The translations under genes were made by a program, and so were the position numbers. Below are positions 43,901 to 57,315 of a DNA stretch of 64,000 nt, piece after piece. This stretch comes from Entomortierella parvispora E1425 (Eukaryota; Fungi; Mortierellomycota): the NCBI GenBank assembly GCA_020891255.1, contig BQFW01000011.1:186001-250000 (forward strand), read 5' to 3'. The notes beneath the pieces are model-generated. The model did not search any database and was not told where the DNA came from. It worked only from the letters and a program-made list of their open reading frames with translations. Each line of letters opens with the position of its first letter. Positions within the stretch are counted from its first letter, which is position 1.

Positions 43901-45566
43901 GCAACTTTGGTGTCTCTGTAAGCAGACCGGCGAACGCTGCTTCACTCGTGTCAATGTCCTTAGGGGTAGCGGCCTCCAATTTTAAGTTCAATGACGGATC
44001 AAAAAGAGAGAGGGGTTCCCTCTCCATCGGGGCTGCCACAGATTCGCCCTTTGACTCATCTGCACAGTGTTCTACAACATTCAAGCTGTTGGTGACCTTC
44101 TCAATGATCTCAAAGTCGTCCATATCGTCAACGCCATTGTCCTTGACCTCGGTGGTGGCATATTTAACCTCCAGAGTGTAGTCGAGGACATGAGGGGTCA
44201 ATGCTTCCTTAAGCATACGAACAACCTTGCCTTCCATCTTTTCACCCTCACCTACCGACTGTGAAAATCCATTTCCAGCCTTTGCCACACCTTCGATCAG
44301 AGCATGGGAAACTCCATTGCCGATGCCGAGAGTAAAGACGCGGATGGGTGCCTTGGTCTCGACAACTTCCTTGTTAAGATAAGTAAAAAGACGATCTTGA
44401 TCCCAAACTTCCCCATCTGTCAGAAGCATGACTGCAAGAGGGATGTCCCTGTATCGTTGATCGAGCACTGCCTTGAGTGGGTCAAACATCTCGGTCCCAC
44501 CCAGATCCGCCGACATGTTCTCAACGTGCTTAACTGCTTGATCCAAAGTGGATTTGGAGTATGTTGCGCTCTTGGGCCACAGGAACGAGTATGAACTGCC
44601 AAAAGAACAAAGGTTGAACTTGATGCCAACAGGAAGACTCCTCAGGAATACCTTCAGAGCTGACTGGACAAGACTAATGTTGATACCTGACATACTGCCA
44701 CTACAGTCACACATGAATACGATCTCGGGCCTTTCAGCAGGGAGCGCAAACTTTGGAACGAGTGTTGTCATCAGAGCGCGTTGGTTTGGGATGCTTGGAT
44801 GGGTCTCAAGTATTGCTGTTGGTGTACCAGTATCCTTCGATACGACCTGGATGATGAAATCCTTGTCCAGAGCAGTGTTAACTAGACTTAGGGTTGCGGA
44901 CGCCTTCGACAAGACTGCATCGGCAGTGGGCGCAAACGAGACTGTTCCTAAGGAAACGGCAATTGGATGGCTTGGGGAGTGGATGCTCTGAATAACATTC
45001 ATCTGAGCCAGAATGACATCGACAGTGACCTGAAGACGACGCCCACGGGACATTGCAGAGTCGGTATGGAGCTCAGTTGGAAGGCTACCATAGCGAGGCA
45101 TGATGGACGTCGGGACCGTGAATCGGACGCCATTGACTTCAGCATCATGCTTCAGCTCCCCAATGTAGGTAATATGGACAACCACATCGACACCCCCAGG
45201 TACATTTCCGATAGTAGTGGTGAAAACGTCTGAGGCTTTCGTAAGTTGCTCCAGAAGAGCAGCTTTGTAGCCTCGGGCCACTGCCTTCTTGAAGTCCTTC
45301 TTGGCCCGCTGTCGCTCCTTGACCTGACCAATGATGGTTCGATCGCCGATTCGGCAGGTGAAAGCAACAACACTCACCCCATCATAGAGGGGGAACGTGT
45401 ACCGCAGCTCAGAGAGGGCCTCACTTGTCGAAGGGTTGAAATACGTTTGGGTAAGAGTTGTTCTCGAGGTTGTCTCCAGGATTGTTGCATGGGCCTCAAC
45501 ATCAACAAGAGGTATGAACAGCTTTGGTGAGCTGACGAAGCTAAGTCCACAGATAGGAGGCGTCAT
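40927..45566 (-). CDS. VIT-vWA (VWA5A-like) protein with three internal WGR-like repeats; 4 exons, ~1,455 aa
   Basis: Exons 45566-43031, 42948-42253, 42165-41518, 41414-40927 (4,368 nt, all introns phase 1). VIT (YTFPLYDGVSVVAF), MIDAS DCSGSMS, repeats YDAVLT..YVTQLL..YVYVRW(G/N)..GP...EEAK..F...FG..W.ERE, and C-terminal LISLQTFEGYW..WELVVYKAKGWM. Confidence 0.85.
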
Positions 45567-47253
45567 GGTTCCTAAGCAACCAAGAGGAGAGACACGGCAG
45601 TCAGTCAGCTATACAACGTCAAAAAAGCGGAGAAGTGAAGGTGGAATATACACGGTTGGGTTTGTTTAACATATAATTTACCTTGATAAAAATGGCAGAG
45701 GGAAGGGAGATGTGATGTTTGTTGGGTGAGTGTAGATTCGATGAGGGGGGGTTTGAAAGAAAGAAAAACAAAAAGAGAAAACTGGCAATCGTTTTATGGG
45801 CTCGATCAATCCATAGCTCGCGTCAATGCTGCTGAGGCAAAGTTGAAAAGAGACCTCACTTGGCGAGGCAAACACATCCACCCAGAGCAAACAAAAGAAA
45901 CAAAACGTGCAGGTGAAGCATGACCTTGTGCACAGAAATATTACATGCATGCACGAGAAAGAATGTTTGAGTGATCGGTGCACAGGACCTCTTTCTTTTT
46001 CCTTTGGACTTTCCTAATTTGCATGACTGATTGTCCACTTCTCCTTGTTGCTTCGACTACACACGCTGCCCGACACTGTTATTAGCCGCCCTCCTTTCTT
46101 ATGTGCCCAAGAGAATCACTTGTTGATTCTCTCCGGAAATCTGCTTTTTTCTGCTTTCCAGCGAAAATCAAGTTACACAAAATCAAAAGAATCAAGAAAG
46201 TGATTCTCTTGGCCTCGAAGAAAGGAGGCAGACTATTGTTATCTTTTTTTTCATATTCACAAGTATATTCTTTGTGACCACGGCCATCCATTTGATGGCG
46301 AAGCTGGATAACGCAGAGGACCCACACTTGATTGTTGGTTTGATTTGCTGGCGCGGGATTCTCTTCACAAAATGACAACATCCCGCTGAGGCTGGAAGGG
46401 GTATAGAGATCCCAAATGCAGCCTACTTCGCCTTGCTTTGCGCCTGGCTGACTGAGCCGTACATGATTCTGATTTCATGTTCGACGATAGCCCTCAGCAA
46501 GGAAATTGTCTTGAAAATCAATGCCCGTATCGATCGTTCCTAATCCCGCAAGGGTCTAGGTCTAGATGGCTGTGTTTCCATTTGCACCCTTCTCGCCACA
46601 ACTGCAGGGCTTGTACAGCAAACAACCCCCCCCCCCCCAAAAAAAAAAAAAAAAAAAAAAAAAAACTGTTAAACTTCCAAACAGCATACCTTTTATATTT
46701 AATGTGATGCTTGCAATACCAGGTTTGCCGCCGGTGTGACTAGAGTATGCATCACGCTATTCTCATCACCACCATTGCAAGCAGCCTCAACGTGGGCATA
46801 GAGCTCCAAACACGCGGATCAAGCTGACATGGTTGTTGAAATAGCCGTAGGTGTAGACTGCATTTTCGATGCTGAATTTCCAGGTCCTTTGTTTCGAACT
46901 GATTTGCCCTCATCCCGTAGCCTTCTCCTAGTGCGTTGCAAATCCAGGATGTTCACCGTGCCCATAGCTAGTGCTCACGACTTTTCTGCACCCTCTTCTC
47001 AAAAACGACTCTATCAGACAACTCTGCAGTCTTTTGGATGAAATTTTGCTGCAGTCATCGTATCAAGGCGTCTTCCAGTGGTTAATTTAGGCGATTCCAG
47101 TGAGAAGATATTCAAAAAGGCGCATCATCGAACCCAGAGCGGATCAGAAGAACAAGGGTTCATACCTTCTCCATCGTGTGGTTGCCTGTGGTCTCTTGAT
47201 GAACAGTTCGATCACCGAGAGAGTGGATGGAGAACAAGCCCAAATCGCCCGGG

Positions 47254-47404
47254 TTTCTAGTACGCTTCTTGTTAGGGACTATATCATCAGGTCGAAGCTC
47301 TTCCTGTCTTCCTTTGTCCTCCCGACTATTGCTGCTAACATGGCTGCTGACTCTATCGCCGCCTTTGACAAAAGTGTTTCCGGCTGCGTTGTTGCATAGA
47401 CACG
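47254..47404. repeat. Dispersed ~150-bp repeat, copy B (copy A at 38853-38995)
   Basis: Direct-orientation similarity to 38853-38995. Confidence 0.8.
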
Positions 47405-48659
47405 CATATCGCTCAAGTTTATCCGTGCTTGAGGGAGGGTGTCGACGCCATGCCAGCGGACTTTGTCCCAGTGACATCGGGTGCGGAGCTTATTGCTGCT
47501 TCAAGACTCAGCATTGAATCACAATTCGACATAGTAGAGCAATAAAGCTGACGCTCTGGTCTCGACGGTAGCTTGGACAGCCGTCTACGACGTTTGGCAG
47601 GAGGGTGGAGGGAATGAGTCAAAGCTAGGTTGATGTCGGAGGATCGGCGCTAGCGGTCGTCGTTTAAGGCTATTAATGCGCCTGTGCGGGCCCGATGGAG
47701 TCATTCAGGGGGGTGGGCAGGACCAAAGCGAACGTGAAGGTGAACGCGCGGGTTTTCGCGAAGGGACGGGTGAGGGTTGGAACAATAGCAATGATGCATG
47801 AGGACAATGATTTGAACACGGATGCACGCCATCTACATGTACTACATGCCATTCCACGTGGGACAACCTCTGACAGTCACAGATCAAAAAAGCGCGCGAT
47901 TCCCGTGCACAGGAAGCGTGTCGTGCCCATGGTCGACTCTCGCCAGATCACCCACCCGTTCAATGCTGGACATGCATGGACTTTTTTTTTTTTTATGGAT
48001 GGTTGTAGTCCTTTACTTTGAGCAACCGCTTTTACGGGGTTGTGCTCTCTACTCAGCAGCATTTGTGTTGGCCACTTCTCCCACGCCTTTTTTTTCTTTC
48101 ACCGACCAATTTATTTATATAAAAAGACTTCGTCCTAAACTCGACGGGATGTCAAGGGGATGCAGGGACCATCGTAGTATGAATGCCCCTGACAGCGCAG
48201 CTTGCCAACGAGAAAGGGTAGTCAGCTGTTTGGTCTAGGCCTCAAAGCCCAATGGTTTTTGCTCCCAACCCCACACTGGACAGACTCCTTGGATCTCTCC
48301 ACACAAGGGGTAGGGGCGTTAGCGGGTTGGGGGTGTGGAGTTGGAACAGTATTCTCTCCCCCCACAGGATCTGGGTTGTATTGTGAAAGGGGTTTTTTTT
48401 CGTGCCTGGCGAGCAAAATGAAAGATGACAGAAGAGGGAATTTCGGGCTTTCATTTGTTGGGTGCATCCCTTTCATTCACTCTTCAGACACCGAACTGGT
48501 CTGCTCAAAGGATAACTTCTTACTGAACCATTGTCCTCCAACTCCGAATGCTCCTTACTTAAATACCCTGAACCGTCCACCCGTGCCTTCTTCCCGCTCC
48601 TCTTTATTCCTACCAGTCCTCCTCCTTCCTTGCGTTATCGCAATTCATCTCCAAGCGTC

Positions 48660-50320
48660 ATGGACACTTCAACTCCCAACTACGACTCAGGCTCCATTAC
48701 CTGGATTTTGGTAAATAAGAGGATGCATTGGCTACTTTTGCCTGTGTGTATACATGGACTGATCTGAGTCTATGTCTCTTGAATGTAGATGTCTACGGCG
48801 CTCGTTTTAATAATGGTTAGTGTTGCCTTGTGCTGTTGTACATGTGTTTCGATGCCTCATATTTTCCACATTTCCCACCACCCACTGTACTTCATGACGA
48901 GACAAGTAACATCCCTTGCTGCCTTCTGTGTATAGTGCCCGGGACTGGGTCTTTTCTATAGTGGACTTGCCCGTGCCAAAAATGCACTGTCGCTCATGTT
49001 CTTGACCATGATCGCCGTATCTGTCGTGTCTTTTCAGGTAAGAGTTGAGTTGGTTACAGTTAACAGAGTCTGCTGCGGAATGGTTTGCCGTGTTCTCGCT
49101 CCTAATGTTAGACCTTCTATGCAATCTTCTCGCAGTGGTTTTTCTGGGGCTATTCTCTTGCGTTCTCCGAGACTGGCGGGCCATTCATTGGCAACTTGGC
49201 CCATGTCGTCGGCAAGAACGTTGGCTGGAACGCCCACCCAAACGCGCCCACTATCCCCTCTTCGACATTCTTCATCTTCCAGCTCATGGTTGCCTGCATC
49301 ACCTCTTCTCTCGCCTTTGGCGCTTCAGCAGAGCGTATGAGAATGGGCCCTTCTATCCTTTTGCTGTTCATCTGGTCCACTCTCGTCTATAACTTCACGA
49401 CTTATTGGATCTGGGCCCCCAATGGATGGCTATCCGTTCGCGGCATCATGGACTACGCCGGAGGTACTCCCGTCCATATCTCCTCAGGATCAACCGCTGT
49501 GGCCTACGCTCTTGTGCTGGGCAAGCGCAAGGACTATGGCAAAACAGCTCAGCCCCATAACGTCTCCTTGGTTTACATTGGAACTGGTCTCCTGTGGTTC
49601 GGATGGTTCGGATTCAACGGTGGCTCGGCTCTCGCTGCCAACGCGCGTGCAGTCCAAGCAATGATCAATACCCATTTGGCCGGCAGCGTTGGAGGACTTG
49701 TGTGGATGATGCTTGACTATCGTCGTGAAAGGAAGCTTTCCTTGGTCGGTTATTGCACCGGTGCCATAGCCGGGCTAGTTACAATCACCCCTGGCTGTGG
49801 TTACGTTTCTGGAGCATCATCCTTGATCTTTGGACTGTTAGGTTCGGCTCTCTGCAACATGTGTGTAGCCTGGAAGTCCAAATATCATTTTGATGATGCT
49901 TTAGATGTGTTTGCCGTCCACTACGTCGGAGGCTTTGTGGGATTGCTGTTGACAGGTATTTTTGCTGAGCAGTCCATCATCGGCCTTTCATACCCTGCAG
50001 GTGCCACTGATGTTCCTCTCGGTGGCTTCCTCGACGGCGACTATCACCGTATCTTGATCCAATTGGCTGCAATTGGCTCTGTGACCGCGTGGAGTTTCTG
50101 TATCACCTACGTGATTCTGAGTATCATGAATCGTATCCCGGGCCTGCATCTGCGACTGGATGAGGATGGGGAGGAAATGGGTACAGATATGGCTGAAATA
50201 GGCGAGACTGCGTACGGTTTCATGCTAAAATCAATGATGGACAGCTCCCTGACGGTTGATGCCTTTCATCTGAGGGCCATGGAGGAAGCGACACCAAGCG
50301 CGGCGCCGCTACAAGGATAA
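48660..50320 (+). CDS. Ammonium transporter (Amt/Mep family), multi-exon
   Basis: DSGSITWIL; PGLGLFYSGL; FQLMVACIT; DYAGGTPVH; WFGWFGFNGGS; DDALDVFAVH. Both twin-His residues are present. Confidence 0.95.
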
Positions 50321-50890
50321 GTAGTTTTGTGCAATAAACTTGAATTTCATGAATGGTCTTACTCCAGTCGCACGCGTCCTGAAAAGTACCCAATCCTTTT
50401 ACACGGGCTGGAACCATGGGTCCTCTTCAGCCAAGTCACCCAATTCGCGTGCAGTACCTGATCTGCTTTAGGGAGCCGCGCCACTGTGTCCCGTTGAAGA
50501 TCGCCACTGACTGGACCGCGTCGACCGTCTCCAGCACATTGGTATCCAGCTCTTCAAGTCGATTGCTACTCATACTATAGCTCTGTCCATCGTGCTGTTT
50601 GTTCTTCATGAATGTCATGATTAACCCAATTCAACCAATTAGATGGCTCCAGTAATGCATGTCCACATCTTGTCTCACGCGCACGTTCATCTGGGGTGTA
50701 TTTTCTACTTTTCATTGGAGGAGCAATAGCTATGATTCGCGGTAGGCGACTAGAGGAGATGAGTGTAGATGCAACAACGTAGAAAAAAAAATCTAATCAT
50801 GGGGCACAAAAGGAGAAGGAGGGTATGTCTATTTGTGGCAAAGACAACGCAGACATTGTGAATGCAACGTCCAGCGGCAGCTACTCGGGG

Positions 50891-52046
50891 TTAATAAATA
50901 CGCGATCGGTCGCCACTTTCACTGCTTGGAATGCGCATGCGGGAAGAGTTGCCCATTTCCATGTTGTAAACCAGCGTTCCTTGGCGAACTTGGTCTGAGA
51001 TCCTATCAAGCAAAGGTGTGGGCCAGTTGACAGCCCAAACTCCAATGGCAAGGACGAGAGGAACGGCATCGAGAAGAAACATGTAGACTACGTGGGGCAA
51101 AAAAAAAAAGGGTTAGAAGACAATTCCTGGACAATACCGAGATATCACTTCAAAAGCAGAGGTCCGATAAAAGCAGGAACTTACTCTCTTTACTGATCAA
51201 TTGCCCTGCGTACCCTTGGGCGAATTCAACAATACGATAGACCGATCGAACCTATGATGTTGATTCCAACCATGTTAGCATGGACCCGATATGGAACGTT
51301 GAACTCAGTACAAAATGTGGATTCGTGTACGGGCTCACAACACTTACAATGATAAACAGGCTTGACATGTAAAAGCCGACCACGATTAAGGTTGTGTTAC
51401 GGTCGAGACCCAGGCAGCCGCGATTTTGCCGGGCAACACCCGTTGTTTGTCTCTCCCTGATCAAACGTTTCAAGGCAACTGTGAGCAGGGCTGTGAATAA
51501 ACAGTAGGAAACTCCTTGGGCCGACACTCCAACCAAGAACATATTGTTGCCGAGGTTGGCAAGCGATTGATTTTTGCTTCCTCCAGCAGCTTGTAAACCT
51601 CCAGCAGTCATTTGGATAAAGAACGTGATAACATCGGACCAGACAAAGGTGCGACCAACGATTCGAGGAGGAATGAAGGAATAGCGAGACTTTTCCGTCT
51701 TTGACTGAGCCTTGTCCATTCCAAATTCTGGGTCGATCGCGATAATAAACCGGCCATAAAGCATGTAGTTGAAAGCGAGGAAGGTCGAGGGCGAGATGAC
51801 GACAAGAGCTTGCTGTGCAATGTAGAGAGACAGCTTGAGGTTGAGAGGGTCCATCGAAGGTCTGCAAAAGTAGCCGATGGCAGAGGCGAGGGCTCCTATT
51901 GGGAGACACAGGGCCCATTTGTTTTTGCCGCGATAAATGTAAAAGAAGAACAAGAATGCTTGGACAGTATAGATGGTGCCGAGGATGACATTGCCAGCCA
52001 AACTGGGCTTGTACTTGAGAATGCTTGGATGGGTAGGCTCTGGCAT
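50891..52046 (-). CDS. RTA1-family membrane protein, multi-exon
   Basis: Y.PSLAG; QQALVVISPSTFLAFNYMLYGR; FVWSDVITFFIQMTAGGL; spliced VRSVYRIVEFAQGY; LLDAVPLVLA. Confidence 0.88.
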
Positions 52047-52409
52047 GTTTTTTGCAGATGTGTTGAGAAGTGGAAGCGAGAGGAAATGAAGAGAGAGGGT
52101 GTGTGTGTGTGTGTGTGTGTGTGCGTGCTGTGTGAAGGATATGAGTGCAATTCCACGATAGGGTTAATACGCTGCGTGTTTTTTTAATAGCTGATCGAGG
52201 GGGTATCAACGGTTACACATTCCTTCGTGGCTTTTAAGGAACACGATCAGGAACAGCCTTCGCCAACCGGTTCTTGGCACAGGCTACGATCACCGCGGAC
52301 CAACGCAACTCCGTCGGAGATGACATCCTTGCGGTGGATTTGGCCACAAATCCCCTAAGCCACCTGGGAAGAGTTTGGACGCGGTTGATGACAGAGGTGT
52401 CTTCCTTCT

Positions 52410-52935
52410 TTCGGAGCAAAAGCCCTTCAACAAAAGAGCACCCAAATTGACGACGCCAAGCGACCGTGCCATATGGACAACACACATTGCAGCACATATC
52501 AGGCGTGGTCGATCGTGCCCCCCCCCCCCGGGGATGTAAGGAAGTCAGCCCCGATAACAGCAGAGGAGACCCTACGCCAATGGTCTGTGGCAGATCTCTA
52601 CCGTGGGATCTCATCCCACAGTGTCGCCCAAGCGTGAAGCCAACTCAAGGCCAACATCACAACAGCCCAAAATTGAATTCACCGCTTCTGCCGAGCAGTT
52701 TATACAGCTGGATCGGTGCGACAGGTAAATAACGATGGGAAAAACAAGCGGTCGCCTGCAAGATGAAGACAGGAAGTATTAATAGTCAATTTTTATTGTC
52801 GTATTGTCGTGAGGCGACCCTGGTCGGGTTCTCTTCTACATATGTATACTGTAACAAGAAGAGAGCGACACTCCGACGCATCGGTCGTGCACAGTTGCGG
52901 TTACGGTACGGTGGATGCAGCAGCATGTTGAAACC
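52410..52935 (+). mobile_element. Third, decayed 3' fragment of the same non-LTR element family
   Basis: Similar to 16660-17310 (GCGACCGTGCCATATGGACA, GTGGCAGATCTCTACCGT, TTTTTATTGTC..TGAGGCGACCC..GGGTTCTCTTCT, AAGAAGAGAGCGAC, GGATGCAG.AGCATG). Confidence 0.8.
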
Positions 52936-53075
52936 ACTCCACTCCCTCACAGCCTCAGGCACAGCCCAGTGCCCACACCCCTGAGTCACCTGACCGCAAG
53001 CCAAGTGGACCCTTAATCGCTGCTCGTTCGCCCCATCCCACCTCCGTCTGCTCTTTGCGCTCTTCTCCACCACAC

Positions 53076-56000
53076 ATGTCTTCAAAGTCGGCTTCGCCTG
53101 GTCCTCTTTCCTCCACTGCTTCCACTGCCTCCACTGCCTCCTCCCCTGTTTCCTCTTCACCGAGCAATCCTGCCCGTCCAAGCAAGCGTCCTCTCGCAAA
53201 GCGCTGCTGTCTAAGCTGCCGTTCAAAGAAGGCTCGCTGCGAGCTCCCGGACCTTTTCGTTCCGTCCTCCCAGGATCCCGTCAGCAAGTCAAAGAGATGC
53301 CATCGCTGTTGTGTGCTCGACCTTGATTGCATCGTCTGGGACGGAGACAGAAAGAGAAAGCCAAAACTCCCGCCGCGCAGTCATGGCCTTGATGAGCCCA
53401 GCCAGGATAGCGCAGACCACACCAGACAAGAGACGTCGTGGAATCCCCTCGCTCACCTCGCCAGTGCTACCGAGGATGTCGCTCGACAGTCCGCCTTGTC
53501 CTCATGGTCTACGTCGTCACGGTCGTCTCTACAGCCCGATCCCATCCCGCAGTTGACTGGATCAAGATCATCGACGCCCATCTCATCACTTTCGTCACTG
53601 ATTGCCCCCTCGCCTCATTCCAAAGCGCTTGCGCCGACTGTGGCGTCCGATCCCTTCTTCCACGTTCCACCCGAGATCTTTACACAACCCTCACCAGAGC
53701 TCCACAAATCATTACCCACCAGCGCAGACACGAGCACAGGGAAGAGTGGACATGACGATTCTATATCTGGTGTGCAACCCTCGCGCAGCACTCAGGGAGA
53801 CGAACCAGGATCAACAAGAGATGAACCAGGATCAGCAGGAGACGAAGGCGGTCGATCTCGCAACCGGCGATCAGCTTGTACGTCCGTGCCTGATCGCCCC
53901 TTTACAAGTGCCGAAAAGGAGGCGATGTCTACCCTGAAATCACACGACCGGACATGGAGGTCAGTTTGGCGACCCATCTCTGTGCTTGTGGATTATGCAG
54001 CACAGCAGCCCCAGTTTGTCAGTTATCTTGCTCGAAGGGTGTTTCTACCAAATCCGAGCTACAAAGTCTTTGATCTGATGGAACTGATCGATAGGGAAGA
54101 ATGCCTCAAGCTAACAGCGTGGTAAGTAGAGTTACCGGGTGTATCCCGAAAGCCAATGCGGTGTATGGCTATGGACTGGAAAAGGAGGAGTGAATTGTCC
54201 AAAGTCTGATCCAAAGCTTTTTTTTTGATATATCGTGTTGCAGTATGGAGCCCTACCTCGCGTGGCATCCTCATCTTCCATCGCTCGAGTCCCTCTACAG
54301 TCACCACGCTCGACAGCCAACAAGGTCGAGTCTCTTCCTCCTCGCATCCATGTGTGTCGTAGCAGGTCGACATCGTCATCCGCTCTCCTCAAATCTGATG
54401 CGGATACTCTCTGCAACTGTGGATCGTCTGGGAACTCAGATACTCCTTTCAGGAACAAGCGATGTCAACACTGTTCAGGCACTTGAGATCCTACTGGCTC
54501 ATGAACCGAGCTTGATAGGTACCTCGGTCTGTGGTGGCCGAGAGGAGCAGGCAAGCAGAGGAAAAGGGCTTGCAGGCGAGAGTCTCTTGACCGCTGCCTT
54601 GAGCATCTCACGGGAGATTGGACTGGACAAGTCCGTTCGTGCACTCAAAGACGCACTGACAGCAGATTCCAACAAAACAAACAAAACTGCACGGGAAGGA
54701 GGATCACTTGCGATCAAGTTCGTGGCAGCGTCCCTATGGATCAGTCTTCGGCTCTGGGAGGGACACTATATCTTTGTAAAGTCTACTATTCGACCCATGC
54801 GGGATCTGAATGAGCTGGTTGAAGATGCACGGTGTATGATTTCGATTGACCAGCGAGGGGATAGGGTCGTAGCGAGTCTGTTCAGTTTGGACAAGTTCCT
54901 TGCGGGTACTGTCGAGAATCTCAGTCGGGACAATGATGAGTTGCTTAGATCTGCAGGTATGGATAGATTCGTGGAAAGAATGACACTTGAACCAAAAAAA
55001 AAAAAAAAAAAAAAAAAAAAACTAATATTTACATCCAATCGTGATTCATCTGACAATAGGCAGGACCATGCTTGCATACAGGATTCAAGCCATGGCATTG
55101 TTTCAGGACTCGATGGCAAAGATCCAGGACCTTGCTGCCACTGAAATAGAGGGAGTACATGGCAAAATCAGTCTGCAGTTCCGAGACAGTATCGTCGACA
55201 TGATTATGCTCGCACTTCTGGAAATGGCCCAGATCGACAATGCACAGCAGCAGAGCATGACGCCTTTTGCCTGGCATCCCTCTGCTGGACTGGTAGAGGA
55301 GTGGGCAAAGCTCGAATCCCACACCCTCTTTTCTATCCTGTGCACATTCGGCACCTGCGCCATCTACACCGGCCAGTTTGATGGCGCGTTTTCTGCAAAG
55401 GCATTCATGGAGGATCTTCAGAAGGATAGCCAACTTCGAAATCAAATCTCTTCCGTTGGCTTGAAACGAATGGATATTTCCGAGAAACTTGTCGCCTCTT
55501 TTTCGTTCTTTAACCGACGACTCAACATTACCGCTACATCCGACATTACCCTGACGTCTCGAAGGAACCCGAGGGGACTGATGGAAGCCACTGGAGCGCC
55601 CACTTTTTTGACGTGTGCGTTAGTGGTGGATGGCTGCAGGTTGTTCCTGGAGGGAGCAGCCTTTATCCTGATGGCGTATTTCACCATCGAGAGCAAGAGC
55701 GACACAAAAATGTTGCTCATGATCCAGGCCGCGCAAAGGTTAGACGAGTTTGATGGTAATATTTATCCGCTGGACCAATCAATCCGTACTGGAGGACAGG
55801 AAGAGGCGGAAGAGGCAGAGAATCATGTTTCTGGCGATGATTTGGAGCCACCACTGAGCATCTGTAAAGTGGCTGCAAAGCATGTCCGAGAGATGGCAGA
55901 AACAATACAGAAGTGGAAGTTAGCCTGTTCAATATACCGGAGGCGAAGGACTTTCTCAAAGGAGAGCTTTTTCCAAATTGGAGTGCGGGACCGAGTTGGG

Positions 56001-56564
56001 GAGGACCACACTGGAAGTCAGGGCCAAGCTGATGGCGGGGAGGACTCTTCAATTGCAGCTCCAGCGGAGTCTCACCATTCCACAACTGCAGTTTCAGGCG
56101 CCACCACCACTCAGGCGACTCTGGATCGTGAGAGCAGAGCCACTGATATGCAATACGGGAGCCAGCGAAACGCGTATCCAGTAAATGCAGAACCGGTGGT
56201 GCCGACACAGAGCAGGCGCACTGAAGATACCAGAGACACCCATAGCAACAGCAGAAGCATGGCCCACGGCCTGCACGTACCTCATCAAGGTAACATCCAC
56301 TATGGCAGTCAGTGGCCCAGCATGTATCCCGGTATGGCAGAAAACGTGCTTCAAGGGTATGCACAAGCGCCTCTTGCGTATCCGCCACCGCCGCAGGAGT
56401 GGCCACAGGATGCCGACCTGGCTGGACAGTTTGGGTCTATTGAGCAGCTTCTCTCTGGGTCAATTCCAGACTCGACGCAGCACATCACCGGTGGGACAGT
56501 TGGAGGCATTTATGACCTTCCTCTGTTGGACTCTTTCTTTGAGAATCTCTTTTTCTCCAGCTAA
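53076..56564 (+). CDS. Zn(II)2Cys6 fungal transcription factor, multi-exon
   Basis: CLSCRSKKARC-x19-CHRCCVLDLDC binuclear cluster; middle-homology-like region (VQALEILLAHEP, LWISLRLWEG). Introns at ~54122-54243 and ~54958-55068. Confidence 0.85.
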
Positions 56565-57315
56565 GATAGAAAGAATCAAAGCCTTCTGGATATAAAGAGC
56601 TCCTTTCCTTGGTCGACATGATTCTTGCTCGTTTTGGCTGTTCTCTTGGTATAAAAAACTCATGGCCTTGGCAGCTCCCGCCTTCTACTCTTCAACGATG
56701 AGAACCTTTTTTTTTTTGGGCGAGGGAAGAAAAAGAGAAAAGAGAGGGAGAGAGCCCAGTGTAAATCTGGCAACTATCCAAGAAGACAGGCTCTTCCTGG
56801 CCTGGCATTTCATGAGGCAGTGCAAACCTCGGTAACTCCAACCAGGTAACCTTCGCTTTGGCATTCAAACTTTCCTTTGTGTCCCTCTGGTGAGCTAATG
56901 AGAGCTTGAAGGGCGTATCTTCGCCCCTTGCATTACAGCCGGAAAACATGGAATGTGGATAGGGTGAGCGATGTTCAAAGTAGGCGGTTGCAAGTCCGTC
57001 CCTCTCGGCTTCTGGGGGCACAGCAGCTGCATGTTTCATCGGGGTGTGGTGATCAGCCACTTTCCTGCCTTACATTCATTTGAAGGTCCGGAGCGTCCTC
57101 CTCCAAGAATTGCGGGCGAGCAAGAATCCCTGGCGAGCAAAGACTACCTGTGAGCCAAGAATCTCCTGAGAGCAAAGAGGCAATTGCGCTGGCACACCAA
57201 CGAGAGGGCATTAACAACAGAACCTATAAGTACCATTCACATTCACCCCTCTGTCCATACATCACTGCCCTCATTATCCCCCCACCCACCCACCCATCCT
57301 CCTGCAGCATCCATC

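Noticed and set aside
51397-52209. 270-aa ORF overlapping RTA1 with a THTHTH repeat
   Set aside because: Alternative frame of RTA1 extended through a (CA)n microsatellite in the leader.
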